IMG/VR virus record: IMGVR_UViG_3300000313_000054
Length of the DNA stretch: 64,000 bases
Strand: one strand, 5' to 3'
Origin: a virus
In this document: in pieces, positions 47,747 through 57,578 of the stretch
How the letters are laid out: each line of letters starts with the position of its first letter
Numbering within the stretch: the first letter of the stretch is position 1
Program-made: the position numbers and the translations under genes
The notes under the pieces: generated by a model
Seen by the model: the letters and a program-made list of their open reading frames with translations, nothing else
Told to the model about the DNA's origin: nothing
Database searches by the model: none

Positions 47747-49402
47747 TTGAGATTATCAGATTTTGTCTTTAAATATTTAAAAGAGTATGGTGTTAATCAC
47801 GTATTTACATTAGTGGGTGGTGGCTCAATGTATCTTGACGATTCATTAGGGCATTCAGGAATACCATTTACTTGTAACCTGCATGAACAAGCATGTGCTA
47901 TATCTGCAATAGCCTATGCAGAATATAATAATAAATTAGGAGTATGTCTTGTTACAACTGCACCAGGTGGAACGAATACTATTACAGGTGTAGCAGGTGC
48001 ATGGTTAGATTCAGTGCCACTACTTGTTATCTCAGGACAAGTTAAACGTGCAGATTTAAAAAGTGGGAAGTTAAGACAACGTGGATTCCAAGAATTAGAC
48101 GTTGTTAAAATAGCACATTCGATTACTAAATACGCTGTTATGGTTAAAGAACCAACAGAAATAAAATATCATTTAGATAGGGCAATAAGTTTAGCAACAC
48201 ATGGTAGGAAAGCACCAGTTTGGTTGGATATACCATTAGATGTCCAACTAAGCGAAGTAGATGAATCTAAATTAAAAGGATTTACTGGTGACATAGACAA
48301 TAAATTAACTAATCATGTTGTTCAACATAAAGTTATAGGGACAATAAATTATTTAAACTACGCAGAGAAACCAGTTATCCTAGTCGGTAACGGGTGTCGT
48401 TCTAGTATTGATAAACTAATTGAGTTAGTTCAAGGTTTGAACATACCAATATTAACTACATGGAAAGCTATGGATTTGTTTGATAACAATGATTCGTTAT
48501 ATTGTGGTAGACCTGGAATGGTTGGTCAACAAGGTGCTAATATTATTCAGAACGAATGTGATTTACTGATATCTATTGGAGCAAGATTAGATTTGGGACA
48601 AACGGGATATGATGTTAAAAGTTTTGCACCAAAAGCAAAGAAGATAGTAGTTGATTTAGACTCAGCAGAAATAGGAAAGATAGATAGTATTAAAGTTCCA
48701 ATTTGTTGTGATGCAGAATTATTTATTGAGGAAATGCTAACACAAAAACACAGTATCAAGATTAGAGATAATCAATGGTTGCTTAGTTGTAGATTATTAG
48801 CATGTAAAAACATATTAGTCAATAATAGTCCATACGAAAGTGTTGATACTTATAATTTAGTAGATGTTATCGCTAATAATATGAACGAGTCGGATGTGTT
48901 AGTTCCGGCAAGTTCAGGACAAGCAGCAGAAATAACTATGCAGAACTTTAGAGTTAAAAATGGACAGCGTATACTTAATTTTCCAGCATTAGGGTCAATG
49001 GGGTTTGGTATTTGTTCTTCCATAGGCGCATGTTTGGCAAGTAGTAAAAAGAGAACTATATGTATTGAGGGTGATGGTTCTTTCGCTATGAATACTCAAG
49101 AGTTGGAGACTATACATAGGTTGCATTTACCGATTAAAATATTTGTTTTAAACAACTATGGGTATCGTAGTTTGCGGTCTACTCAAGACAGATATTTCAA
49201 TGGATTTCATGTAGGTAGTTCCTTAGATAGTGGACTAACTTTACCCAATATTAGAGGTATTGCCGAGGCGTATTCGATAGATTATCAAAGAATAGATAAT
49301 GAATTTAGATTAGATAATTGGATAAGAGAATATCTTAGAGATGATAAGCCACGCATCATTGAAGTTAAAACAAACTATAATCAGGAAACAATAAAATGTT
49401 AA
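47747..49402 (+). CDS. thiamine-diphosphate-dependent enzyme (acetolactate-synthase/YerE-like)
   Basis: TTG start; IEGDGSFAMNTQELETI TPP-binding motif; 3-domain size. Confidence 0.65.
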   Translation: MRLSDFVFKYLKEYGVNHVFTLVGGGSMYLDDSLGHSGIPFTCNLHEQACAISAIAYAEYNNKLGVCLVTTAPGGTNTITGVAGAWLDSVPLLVISGQVKRADLKSGKLRQRGFQELDVVKIAHSITKYAVMVKEPTEIKYHLDRAISLATHGRKAPVWLDIPLDVQLSEVDESKLKGFTGDIDNKLTNHVVQHKVIGTINYLNYAEKPVILVGNGCRSSIDKLIELVQGLNIPILTTWKAMDLFDNNDSLYCGRPGMVGQQGANIIQNECDLLISIGARLDLGQTGYDVKSFAPKAKKIVVDLDSAEIGKIDSIKVPICCDAELFIEEMLTQKHSIKIRDNQWLLSCRLLACKNILVNNSPYESVDTYNLVDVIANNMNESDVLVPASSGQAAEITMQNFRVKNGQRILNFPALGSMGFGICSSIGACLASSKKRTICIEGDGSFAMNTQELETIHRLHLPIKIFVLNNYGYRSLRSTQDRYFNGFHVGSSLDSGLTLPNIRGIAEAYSIDYQRIDNEFRLDNWIREYLRDDKPRIIEVKTNYNQETIKC

Positions 49403-50379
49403 TATCAATTTGTATACCAACTTATAATAGAGCGTTATTATTAGATAGATCACTAGATTCTATTATTAAAGAGTTTTTAGATTATGATATTGAGATAATT
49501 ATATCAGATAATGCTTCATCAGATAATACTCAAGAAGTAGTTAGTGGGTATCAAGAGGAATATTCGTTTATTAAGTACTTTAGGAACGCTACCAACTTAG
49601 GATTAGATGAGAACGCCGTAATTTGCATAAAGAAGGCAATTGGTAAGTATGTCTTTATGTTCTCAGATGATGATATTTTATTACATGGATGTGCCAAAGA
49701 AATTATGCAAGTTATTAATGAGTTAAATCCTAACTTTATGTACTTGAATTACAAAAATTTTGGTGAAAAATCGAATGTAGTATTCCATTGGGACAAAGTG
49801 AAAGATTTAGAGAATATAATTTACAAGAATGGTTATAAAATGGTTCTTGAATTATATCCCACTCACTTTTCGGCAATGATTTATAAACGTGATGAGGTTT
49901 TAAAATATATATCTAGTTTAGAACAGTATAGAGATTGTGGATATGACAGAGGGTATGCCACTTCAACGTTAGCCCACCATATTTTGTTAGAGTCAAAACC
50001 ACCATTCGTTTTTATTGGTAGATGTTGTGCAGAAGTGGAGTTTCCAACTAATAAAAGAGATTATAATTTAATTCAAGTTTATTGCATTGATATAATCAAA
50101 CATTGCCAGAATCTTAGATGTAATAGACTTATAAATAGTTTTCAATTAAACCAAATAGTTAATAAACATGTTTTATGGCATACTACTAAACTTATTGTGT
50201 TAGCTAAGGGAACTAATAAGTTAACAAAGAATGAATGTAAGTTAATATGGGATCATTGTAATGGTTTTTGGTTATCATATTTCTGCGTATTTCCATCCTT
50301 GGTGCTACCCAATATTATTTTAAAATACATTCTTGGTATTGTTTTAAAGTATCGTAGATTAAGTGTTGAAAATGAATAA
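49396..50379 (+). CDS. family 2 glycosyltransferase
   Basis: ISICIPTYNR...IIISDNASSDNT. Confidence 0.65.
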   Translation: MLISICIPTYNRALLLDRSLDSIIKEFLDYDIEIIISDNASSDNTQEVVSGYQEEYSFIKYFRNATNLGLDENAVICIKKAIGKYVFMFSDDDILLHGCAKEIMQVINELNPNFMYLNYKNFGEKSNVVFHWDKVKDLENIIYKNGYKMVLELYPTHFSAMIYKRDEVLKYISSLEQYRDCGYDRGYATSTLAHHILLESKPPFVFIGRCCAEVEFPTNKRDYNLIQVYCIDIIKHCQNLRCNRLINSFQLNQIVNKHVLWHTTKLIVLAKGTNKLTKNECKLIWDHCNGFWLSYFCVFPSLVLPNIILKYILGIVLKYRRLSVENE

Positions 50380-50707
50380 AATTTTTAAACAGTACAACAT
50401 AAAAGGCGTTGGTTCCTCCATTTATACTCTGTATTTAGCAGCCCCAATGATAGGAATATTTATGTATATCATTAACGCCTTTACTTTTTATGTAGTAGCT
50501 AGAGATAAATATTTCCCTTGGATTAATCCCCCACTTTTTATATTATTTGCTTGTGTAGGTTTAATACTTTTACTATTTGTATTTTTTAAATTTGTCTTAC
50601 CATCGTATATATCATTTATTAATAGACAGTCTTATATCCATAATAATCCGATACAAATGGATTTAGCTAAGATAAAAAAGAAATTAGGGATAGAAGATGA
50701 TGAATAA
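50363..50707 (+). CDS. GtrA-like small membrane protein (polyprenol-sugar flippase component)
   Basis: 114 aa, 3-4 TM, immediately upstream of a GtrB-like gene. Confidence 0.45.
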   Translation: MLKMNKIFKQYNIKGVGSSIYTLYLAAPMIGIFMYIINAFTFYVVARDKYFPWINPPLFILFACVGLILLLFVFFKFVLPSYISFINRQSYIHNNPIQMDLAKIKKKLGIEDDE

Positions 50708-51638
50708 GAAGTTAATTTCAATAGTAACTCCTGTCTATAATGAATCAAGTAATATAAATTATATAAGACAAGATGTACTAAATGTAATGAGAGATTTAAA
50801 AAGTTACGAGCATGAGCATATATTTATAGACAATGCGTCTACAGATAATACTTTAATTCTTTTGAAAGAGTTGGCAAAAGAAGATAAACGAGTTAAGATT
50901 ATCAGGAATAATAGAAATTTTGGTCATATTCGTTCACCTTATTATGGTTTGTTACAAACCAAAGGGGATGTTGTAACAATTATCTCTGCCGATGGTCAAG
51001 ACCCTCCAAGCTTAATTAAGGATTTCGTAAAAGAATGGGAGCATGGTGCTAAAGTAGTTGTAGGGGTGAAAGTTAATAGCAAAGAGAATTTTTTAAGATT
51101 CAATTTACGTAAAGGTTATTATAAAATTCTAAGTAGACTTTCAGATGTTCCATTAGTTGAGAATTTTATGGGATTCGGTTTATATGATAGAATAGTAATT
51201 GATAAGTTAAAAGAGATTGATGACCCATATCCATATTTAAGGGGTTTGGTTTCTGAATTAGGATATAGTACTTCAAGGGTGGAATATTATCAGCCTAAAA
51301 GAAAAAATGGTAAGAGTCACAATAATTTTTACACTATATTTGACATAGCTTTATTAGGTATAACTAATAATACAAAAGTTCCATTAAGGGTTGCTACAAT
51401 ATTGGGCTTTTGTTTTTCAACAGTTAGTTTTATCGTAGGGATTGTTTATCTTATTTATAAGTTATTGAATTGGGGGAGTTTTGAAGTAGGTCTTGCACCA
51501 ATGGTTATAGGGATGTCATTTTTAGGTGGTATACAAATATTATTTTTAGGATTATTAGGTGAGTATATTGGGGCTATTTACACTCAAGTTTTACACAGAC
51601 CATTAGTTATCGAGAAAGAACGGATAAATTTTGATTAA
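50697..51638 (+). CDS. GtrB/ArnC/DPM1-like polyprenol-phosphate sugar transferase (GT2 with C-terminal TM pair)
   Basis: SIVTPVYNE, DNASTD, ADGQDPP (DxD), C-terminal TM helices and GEYIGAIY. Confidence 0.8.
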   Translation: MMNKKLISIVTPVYNESSNINYIRQDVLNVMRDLKSYEHEHIFIDNASTDNTLILLKELAKEDKRVKIIRNNRNFGHIRSPYYGLLQTKGDVVTIISADGQDPPSLIKDFVKEWEHGAKVVVGVKVNSKENFLRFNLRKGYYKILSRLSDVPLVENFMGFGLYDRIVIDKLKEIDDPYPYLRGLVSELGYSTSRVEYYQPKRKNGKSHNNFYTIFDIALLGITNNTKVPLRVATILGFCFSTVSFIVGIVYLIYKLLNWGSFEVGLAPMVIGMSFLGGIQILFLGLLGEYIGAIYTQVLHRPLVIEKERINFD

Positions 51639-51662
51639 AGAGATTTATATAAAGGAGCAAAA

Positions 51663-51833
51663 ATGAATAGAGACTTTCTAAATTTAATACCAGTTTCCAA
51701 CTCTGAATTGTGGTGTGCAACTTGCGAACATGTAGTGGATGATGAACTGAGAATTTGTAAGTGTGGAGAACCTAATAAGGTAAATTTCAAACAGTGGGTA
51801 AAAGAAAAGAAAGAGAAAGAGGGTAATAAATAA
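51663..51833 (+). CDS. small zinc-ribbon protein (56 aa)
   Basis: CATCEH...CKCGE; TAATG overlap with next gene. Confidence 0.45.
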   Translation: MNRDFLNLIPVSNSELWCATCEHVVDDELRICKCGEPNKVNFKQWVKEKKEKEGNK

Positions 51834-53521
51834 TGCTGAGTTTTCTTAAAAAATACTATCCCGAAATTCTAGTCTTTGGATTCATAGCAACGATTCTTTT
51901 TACTTGCTTGAGTCCTGATTATACATTTGTAAATAAAGGTGCGGATTCAATCGGTTACGCATATAGTGCCAAGTACCTCTACCCTTCCTTTCACACATCA
52001 CCACCTTTGTACCTTGTAGTTTCCCACTTCTTTTTAATGTTACCATTTGGAACTGAAGCATGGAGAATGGGGTTAGTCTCTACTCTTAGTACGCTTGGTG
52101 CTTGTGTCTTTATCTACTTGATTATTCGTAAACAATTAGCAGATAAAAAGTATTTTAGATGGCTTGCCTTGTTAGGTGTCTTAGTCTATGGTACAAGTGC
52201 AATAGTAATTTCACAAAGTGTTATTATCCAGACCTATCCGCTTACCTGTATGTTATCAATAGGTGCGTATTACTTTGCTGTAAAGCAACAATGGAAACGA
52301 ACTGCATTGATGTTGGGACTTGGAATGATAGTCCACTTACTAGCGTTCTTCATCGCTTTAATTATTATCTTAGCGTTCAAGGGATTCAGAAAGAACTGGA
52401 AGTGCTGGCTAATTATGGGTGTAATGATGATAGCTTACATCTACATTCCTTTAACAAACAGACCACCTTATATGTGGCAACCAGACCCATCAATTGTAAA
52501 CTCTAACTTACCACCGTTCTTAGTGAACATCTATTCCTTTGTAGTGGATACTGCCTCTACTGTAGGCTATTTAATCGGTAAACTTTCAATCTACGATACT
52601 CCCAAAAGAATCTTTGATATCATTGGGATAGTGGGTGTAAGTGTTGGTGTAGTTGCTATAATTCCTATCGTCTACTACTTCTTTAAGACAAAGTATTATA
52701 CCAATGTTTTATTCTGGTTAGCACTTACACCTAGTTTCATATTTCTAGTGAACATGGATGAAAATACTTACGATTATTGTATGCTGTCAATTCCCTTTTT
52801 GTCTGTAATTACTGCATTGGGAATGAGCAAATTAATCGAAAATAAAGGCAGACTAGCAATTAAATTTGCTTGTGCGACAGCAGTTGTGCTTATCGGGTTT
52901 GGTTCGTTTAATATGTGGTACTTCGATGTTGGACATCATAGTGATCCGAATATGACAGCCAAAAATCTTTACTACGTAGAGTTCGCAAAAATTCCAGATT
53001 ATGCTATTTTTATGCCGAACTATTGCTCAGAATGGGAAGCAATTTACAAATATAATAGAGATTTTAATAAGCACATCTATCCTATCTCTATAGACATTTT
53101 ACCTAGTCATCAATACCTTCAAACCTTGAAAGCAGATGGTATAAAATTTGTAGAAGGAACAAATGAGAATGTCAGTTTAGCATCCAGAGAAACAGCAGCT
53201 TCAATTATAGAATTAAATGATAATGTCTGGACTACAATCTCTACAGAACCAGAAACATTTGGCGTAACAGTTATTAAAGCCACAGACCCTAAAGTTGTAG
53301 ACATCTATGACGTTCAAAAAATGAAAGATATTGCAGAACATCCTACTGTAAAATGGATGCCATCCAATCCTTACCGCATCATCGACAGTTCTCTCTGCAT
53401 CCAAGAGTGGGGATACGTGTTGATGTCCAACAATAATATCTCACGCTTGATACTCTATTCTACTTTAGGATTTGCTGTAGTTTATATAGTTAGAAAGCAG
53501 TTTAAAAAGAATAAAAAATAG
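51833..53521 (+). CDS. GtrC-like / GT-C polytopic membrane glycosyltransferase (562 aa)
   Basis: about 11 TM helices followed by a large extracytoplasmic C-terminal domain; position after GtrA/GtrB-like pair. Confidence 0.5.
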   Translation: MLSFLKKYYPEILVFGFIATILFTCLSPDYTFVNKGADSIGYAYSAKYLYPSFHTSPPLYLVVSHFFLMLPFGTEAWRMGLVSTLSTLGACVFIYLIIRKQLADKKYFRWLALLGVLVYGTSAIVISQSVIIQTYPLTCMLSIGAYYFAVKQQWKRTALMLGLGMIVHLLAFFIALIIILAFKGFRKNWKCWLIMGVMMIAYIYIPLTNRPPYMWQPDPSIVNSNLPPFLVNIYSFVVDTASTVGYLIGKLSIYDTPKRIFDIIGIVGVSVGVVAIIPIVYYFFKTKYYTNVLFWLALTPSFIFLVNMDENTYDYCMLSIPFLSVITALGMSKLIENKGRLAIKFACATAVVLIGFGSFNMWYFDVGHHSDPNMTAKNLYYVEFAKIPDYAIFMPNYCSEWEAIYKYNRDFNKHIYPISIDILPSHQYLQTLKADGIKFVEGTNENVSLASRETAASIIELNDNVWTTISTEPETFGVTVIKATDPKVVDIYDVQKMKDIAEHPTVKWMPSNPYRIIDSSLCIQEWGYVLMSNNNISRLILYSTLGFAVVYIVRKQFKKNKK

Positions 53522-53524
53522 TTG

Positions 53525-53554
53525 TTGACAGCATCTGTGTATGTATGGTAACAT
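53525..53554 (+). promoter_or_regulatory. sigma-70 promoter TTGACA-18-TGgTAACAT
   Basis: -35 at 53525-53530, -10 at 53549-53554. Confidence 0.6.
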
Positions 53555-53580
53555 AAAAATAAGATAATAAAGGATGGACT

Positions 53581-53763
53581 ATGGAAGAGGCAAAAAAACA
53601 CAGAGATAATTCGTATTTGCTTAGTAGTAATGAAGTGGAACTTATTGAACTTTGTCGTGAAGTCTGTTATGGTAAGATTGTCGTGCATTTAGAAAATTCA
53701 GAACCAACGTGGGTAGAAAGTATTAGTAGAAATTACAAATTTGGTCTAGTCAAAACTAAATAA
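53581..53763 (+). CDS. hypothetical small protein (60 aa)
   Basis: RBS aaagga. Confidence 0.5.
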   Translation: MEEAKKHRDNSYLLSSNEVELIELCREVCYGKIVVHLENSEPTWVESISRNYKFGLVKTK

Positions 53764-53792
53764 TAGATTAAATTCCTAGCGGAACAACCGAA

Positions 53793-53836
53793 GGGGATTA
53801 TAGAGTAGCGATACTCCATAATCTCCTTTTTCTTTT
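53793..53836 (+). terminator. rho-independent terminator immediately after GGAACAACCGAAG (53781-53793)
   Basis: 15-bp imperfect stem GGGGATTATAGAGTA/TACTCCATAATCTCC then TTTTTCTTTT. Confidence 0.7.
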
Positions 53837-53852
53837 AAAAGAGGCAAGTGAA

Positions 53853-54113
53853 ATGTTTGGATACCTGAATAAATTTATTGGTAGAAAACCTAAAAAGCCA
53901 GTACAAAAAACTAGCAAAGTTAGAGAAGTAATCAATCAAGAAATGAGTGGTTACATTAAAAAAGAGGACTTGCCAAAATTTGTAGAAGAACTAAAAAAGG
54001 ATGAAAGAAAAAAACAAATTTGGAATAGTCTATCTCCTAAAATGAAACGCAAAATAGCCCAACGCATAGATGAAAAAAGGAGTCAAGATGCCAGAAAAAA
54101 AGAAAGGGACTAA
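53853..54113 (+). CDS. Lys-rich basic protein
   Basis: 86 aa. Confidence 0.5.
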   Translation: MFGYLNKFIGRKPKKPVQKTSKVREVINQEMSGYIKKEDLPKFVEELKKDERKKQIWNSLSPKMKRKIAQRIDEKRSQDARKKERD

Positions 54114-54186
54114 ACAGAAAGGCAACAAACTTTGGGAGAAAAACCGCAAGCGTATTAGACGTAATATGCTAAAGGCAAGGTATTAA
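54088..54186 (+). CDS. very basic 32-aa mini-ORF overlapping the 3' end of the previous gene in another frame
   Basis: RBS aaaaggag 7 nt upstream; MPEKKKGTKQKGNKLWEKNRKRIRRNMLKARY. Confidence 0.35.
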   Translation: MPEKKKGTKQKGNKLWEKNRKRIRRNMLKARY

Positions 54187-54189
54187 ACT

Positions 54190-54615
54190 ATGAATAGTTG
54201 TTGTTATGAAGTAGAAGTAGAAATCCTTACAGGTAGTCAACATTACGGAAATTATGTAGTAGAAAAGACAGTAGACAAAAGAAAGTGGGATAGAAAAGAC
54301 AGACATTATCGACTGAGTGAAGAACCTGCTTTTAAAGGTGTACAAATCAAAGAGAAGATTGTAAAAATGTTCAACTTCGAGAATTGTACCAGACAACAAG
54401 CTATTGAAAAGGGAAAGAAAAAAGGGATTGTAAAGACCTGTCGTAAAGTTGATGAGTACGAAGATTTACTTAGCATAGAACACATCCAATTAGACCAAGT
54501 TCCTTTAACAGTCTATGATAAGGGTAATCAATACGTTAGTCCTATCGCTATGTCAGAGATGGTTTGGCAAAAGAAAAAGAATATTAAAAAGCCTCTTGAC
54601 ACCAGCGAAAGTTAG
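54190..54615 (+). CDS. hypothetical protein
   Basis: 141 aa. Confidence 0.55.
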   Translation: MNSCCYEVEVEILTGSQHYGNYVVEKTVDKRKWDRKDRHYRLSEEPAFKGVQIKEKIVKMFNFENCTRQQAIEKGKKKGIVKTCRKVDEYEDLLSIEHIQLDQVPLTVYDKGNQYVSPIAMSEMVWQKKKNIKKPLDTSES

Positions 54616-54632
54616 TGATAAAATGTGTATAG

Positions 54633-54800
54633 ATGGTTATGAGAAAAGTGGAAACAAAAAATATCTGTGAATATTGCAAATCAGATCATGTAGTTTGTCA
54701 TGGCATAGTCAAGACGCAAAGAGAAGGTAAGCGTCAGCGTTACAAATGTCAAGAATGTGCTCATACTTTTTATATTGAAAATAAGGAGAACAAAGAATGA
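54633..54800 (+). CDS. InsA/IS1595-type zinc-ribbon mini-protein (55 aa), copy B
   Basis: CEYCKSDHVVCHG...RQRYKCQECAHTF. Confidence 0.55.
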   Translation: MVMRKVETKNICEYCKSDHVVCHGIVKTQREGKRQRYKCQECAHTFYIENKENKE

Positions 54801-55117
54801 ATAATGTAATCTTTTATGTCGTATTGGCTTGTATCATTGGGTTAGCAATTTGGGTAACAGTTGGTTCAAAAAAGAAACAGTGGTACATGGTGTACTTAGC
54901 GAACAACGAAGTTCTTTTACTTTGTAGAGACATCAATGAAAGATGGTGGAGAAGTAACGGAACTTACATGAGATTTAAAGATGAACTAGGTAATGAAGTT
55001 TCCTTTATTGCCAACGGACACTGGATACTCAAAATGGTTTCTATCCCTACAAATAAATTAGAAGATGCAAAGGCAGAGATCAAAAAAATTAATGCGAATG
55101 TAGCCAAGGAACAATAG
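54797..55117 (+). CDS. N-terminally anchored protein
   Basis: 106 aa. Confidence 0.5.
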   Translation: MNNVIFYVVLACIIGLAIWVTVGSKKKQWYMVYLANNEVLLLCRDINERWWRSNGTYMRFKDELGNEVSFIANGHWILKMVSIPTNKLEDAKAEIKKINANVAKEQ

Positions 55118-55118
55118 A

Positions 55119-55379
55119 ATGAAACGATACTTAGCATGGTTATATAGATGGCAGAAAGTTCCTTTGACTTTTAGTAAGTATGATAGAATTGTTACTTTTA
55201 TAATTATTCCAGTGATGATAGTAGTCGCTTTTATTGCACTTTATTTTCTATTAATTGGTGATGATAATAAGTCAATAGCATGTTCAGGAGTTGTTCTGGT
55301 ATTACTGTTTTCGCATGTTACAATGGCAGCGAATAATTTAGCGAAACAGATTAAGGAATTGAAGAACGTTGGCAAATAA
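55119..55379 (+). CDS. membrane protein
   Basis: 86 aa. Confidence 0.5.
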   Translation: MKRYLAWLYRWQKVPLTFSKYDRIVTFIIIPVMIVVAFIALYFLLIGDDNKSIACSGVVLVLLFSHVTMAANNLAKQIKELKNVGK

Positions 55380-55884
55380 ATTTTCAACATGGTTAGCGAG
55401 AAAAACTCTACCTAAACTTATAAAGACTGAGTTAAATTCTAAGGTAGTTGGCGACCAAACCAGTCAAGGTGCAAAGGTCAAAGTAATCTATCAGAAGCAC
55501 AAAGACTTGTTTAAAAAGTACGACATTAAACTTGAAGAAGTCGCTCAGTTAGTAGAAAAAGAAAGTAAAATCAAGCAAGGTTTCATGGCAAGAAAGTCTT
55601 TGCAAAGAGTTGTAAAGTCAGTAGACGAAGCGATTAAAGAAGGTCGTATTGAATTTGTAAATGACAACTCAATAGTCTACATAGATAGAAACGAAAAAGA
55701 ATTTCATTATACATTTGATGAAATGGCAGACAGATTATTTAATAACATTGGTGGGAAGATTGCAACAATTCCTGGTATGGGGTCATTAAATTATTCTGCA
55801 ACACTTTACATGATGGGAATTTCCAGTTTGGATATGAGAAAAATAATTGACAATGCGTATAAAAATAGAAAGGAGAAATCATAG
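55369..55884 (+). CDS. hypothetical protein
   Basis: 171 aa. Confidence 0.55.
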   Translation: MANKFSTWLARKTLPKLIKTELNSKVVGDQTSQGAKVKVIYQKHKDLFKKYDIKLEEVAQLVEKESKIKQGFMARKSLQRVVKSVDEAIKEGRIEFVNDNSIVYIDRNEKEFHYTFDEMADRLFNNIGGKIATIPGMGSLNYSATLYMMGISSLDMRKIIDNAYKNRKEKS

Positions 55885-57068
55885 TGAGCGACAAACAACC
55901 AATTGATATTACACCACCTAGAGTAACAGATATGCCGAATATGGATGAACCACCTATCAATTCAAGTGGTGGTGGATTTAGAATACCATCTGGAAAAGGT
56001 GGTGGAATGAATAGCCTATTAACAATGTGGGGTGTTCCTATTATAGTAGCCATTGCAGTATTCTTTATTATGGGTATGATGGGAATAGGAAGTTTTGTAA
56101 CTAAGTCAGACTTTACTTCAAATATCGGTAAAGTGTCTACAGATATGGGGACTTTGAAGTCAGATGTTGCCAATCGTCAAGGTGAAGTACAGAAAGTAAT
56201 TGACGCTATGCCAACTACAATTCAGAAAGCAGTAGATGCTTCTATAAAAACAGTTAAAGATACAGCAGATGCTTCTGCGAAGGTTGCTGCAACTGCGCAA
56301 TCAACAGCAGACACGGCTCAAAAGAAAGCCAATGATACTGACACTAAATTTACAAATTATTATAACAAAGCAGACATCGATTCTAAACTTACAAATCAAG
56401 CAAACTACTATTCTAAAGTAGAAGTAGATGCTAGAATTGCTACACTAACAACAGATGTGGCCACTTTAAAAACTCAGGTCTCTGCTTTACAAACACCGTC
56501 ATCTACCACCAGTGGTTCTAATACAGATGGTTTAAAAATTACTGTTAAAGATTTAGGGACTGAGTTATTAGCAGGTGCGTTTGGTTTTAATTCAGATCAA
56601 TCGATTAAACTAACTATTCAAAATTCAGGAACAAAAGATATTTCAGATTTACGATTTTACGTTCACCTAACTCCTCAAGATTACACATTGTCATATAGTT
56701 CAATAGATACAACCAATGGTACAATTTCATTGGGTGGAGATTTGGCCTTTACATTATCAAGTTATTCAAGTGATGATTATATGTTTAAATCAGGTAGGGT
56801 TAGTATTGGAGCAGGAAAAACTAAAAACTATTATCTAACTACATCTGTTGTATTAAAACCCTTACATGCCTATCTAACAACCAATGTTAATTATAAGGTA
56901 AGTAATAGTACCTATAACGTTTCAGGAGCTACATATTATTTATCAGATACATCTTCAAGTGTTGATTCAACAGCAATCTCTAACACATATCAATTTGGTA
57001 CAAGTAAAAATACAAACGATGTTACATTTAGTGAAAGTATTGATTTGATAGATTATAATGTAAATTAG
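55884..57068 (+). CDS. membrane-anchored coiled-coil protein with C-terminal beta domain
   Basis: TM helix around residue 50, Ala/Thr/Gln-rich coiled coil, Ser/Thr-rich C-terminus. Confidence 0.6.
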   Translation: MSDKQPIDITPPRVTDMPNMDEPPINSSGGGFRIPSGKGGGMNSLLTMWGVPIIVAIAVFFIMGMMGIGSFVTKSDFTSNIGKVSTDMGTLKSDVANRQGEVQKVIDAMPTTIQKAVDASIKTVKDTADASAKVAATAQSTADTAQKKANDTDTKFTNYYNKADIDSKLTNQANYYSKVEVDARIATLTTDVATLKTQVSALQTPSSTTSGSNTDGLKITVKDLGTELLAGAFGFNSDQSIKLTIQNSGTKDISDLRFYVHLTPQDYTLSYSSIDTTNGTISLGGDLAFTLSSYSSDDYMFKSGRVSIGAGKTKNYYLTTSVVLKPLHAYLTTNVNYKVSNSTYNVSGATYYLSDTSSSVDSTAISNTYQFGTSKNTNDVTFSESIDLIDYNVN

Positions 57069-57204
57069 TTTAAAACTTTTTTCGGTAATAGTTTAGAAAA
57101 CCGAGCATGGTAGCGATTGTGTCACACTAAATAAATTCGGCTAAGGTGTAATGATAGGTAGAACTCTCAAATAGTCCGAGCAATCGCATCCAATTAGGAG
57201 AGAA

Positions 57205-57468
57205 ATGAAAAAGATCAGTAATTATCAATGGTTGAATCCAGAACTTCATAGGAAGTCTAAAAAATATAATTACATCGTCTACGGTATCGCAATTGTTAGC
57301 ATGTTAGTTTTCTTTTTAGCACCAGGAAATGCAAAGATGATTAGTATGTTAATGCTCTTAGTAGCTGGTTATTTTATGGTTAAAAGTTGGGGTTTTCAGA
57401 GCAAAGACAAGGCGCTGAAACAGAACGAATGGGTTAGAAAACAACAGCAGAACTCATCTTCTAAGTAG
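57205..57468 (+). CDS. small membrane protein
   Basis: 87 aa. Confidence 0.5.
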   Translation: MKKISNYQWLNPELHRKSKKYNYIVYGIAIVSMLVFFLAPGNAKMISMLMLLVAGYFMVKSWGFQSKDKALKQNEWVRKQQQNSSSK

Positions 57469-57516
57469 TCGAGGGTCGGGCTGGTCTGAGCTGAAAAATA
57501 GATTTAAAATTGCCTA

Positions 57517-57545
57517 TTGACTTCCATAATATAATGTGCTACTAT
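57517..57545 (+). promoter_or_regulatory. sigma-70 promoter TTGACT-17-TGcTACTAT
   Basis: -35 at 57517-57522, -10 at 57540-57545; upstream aaaattgcctattgac identical to the promoter at 10273. Confidence 0.65.
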
Positions 57546-57578
57546 ATTAAATAGAGTCGAGTAGCGGAACAACCGAAG

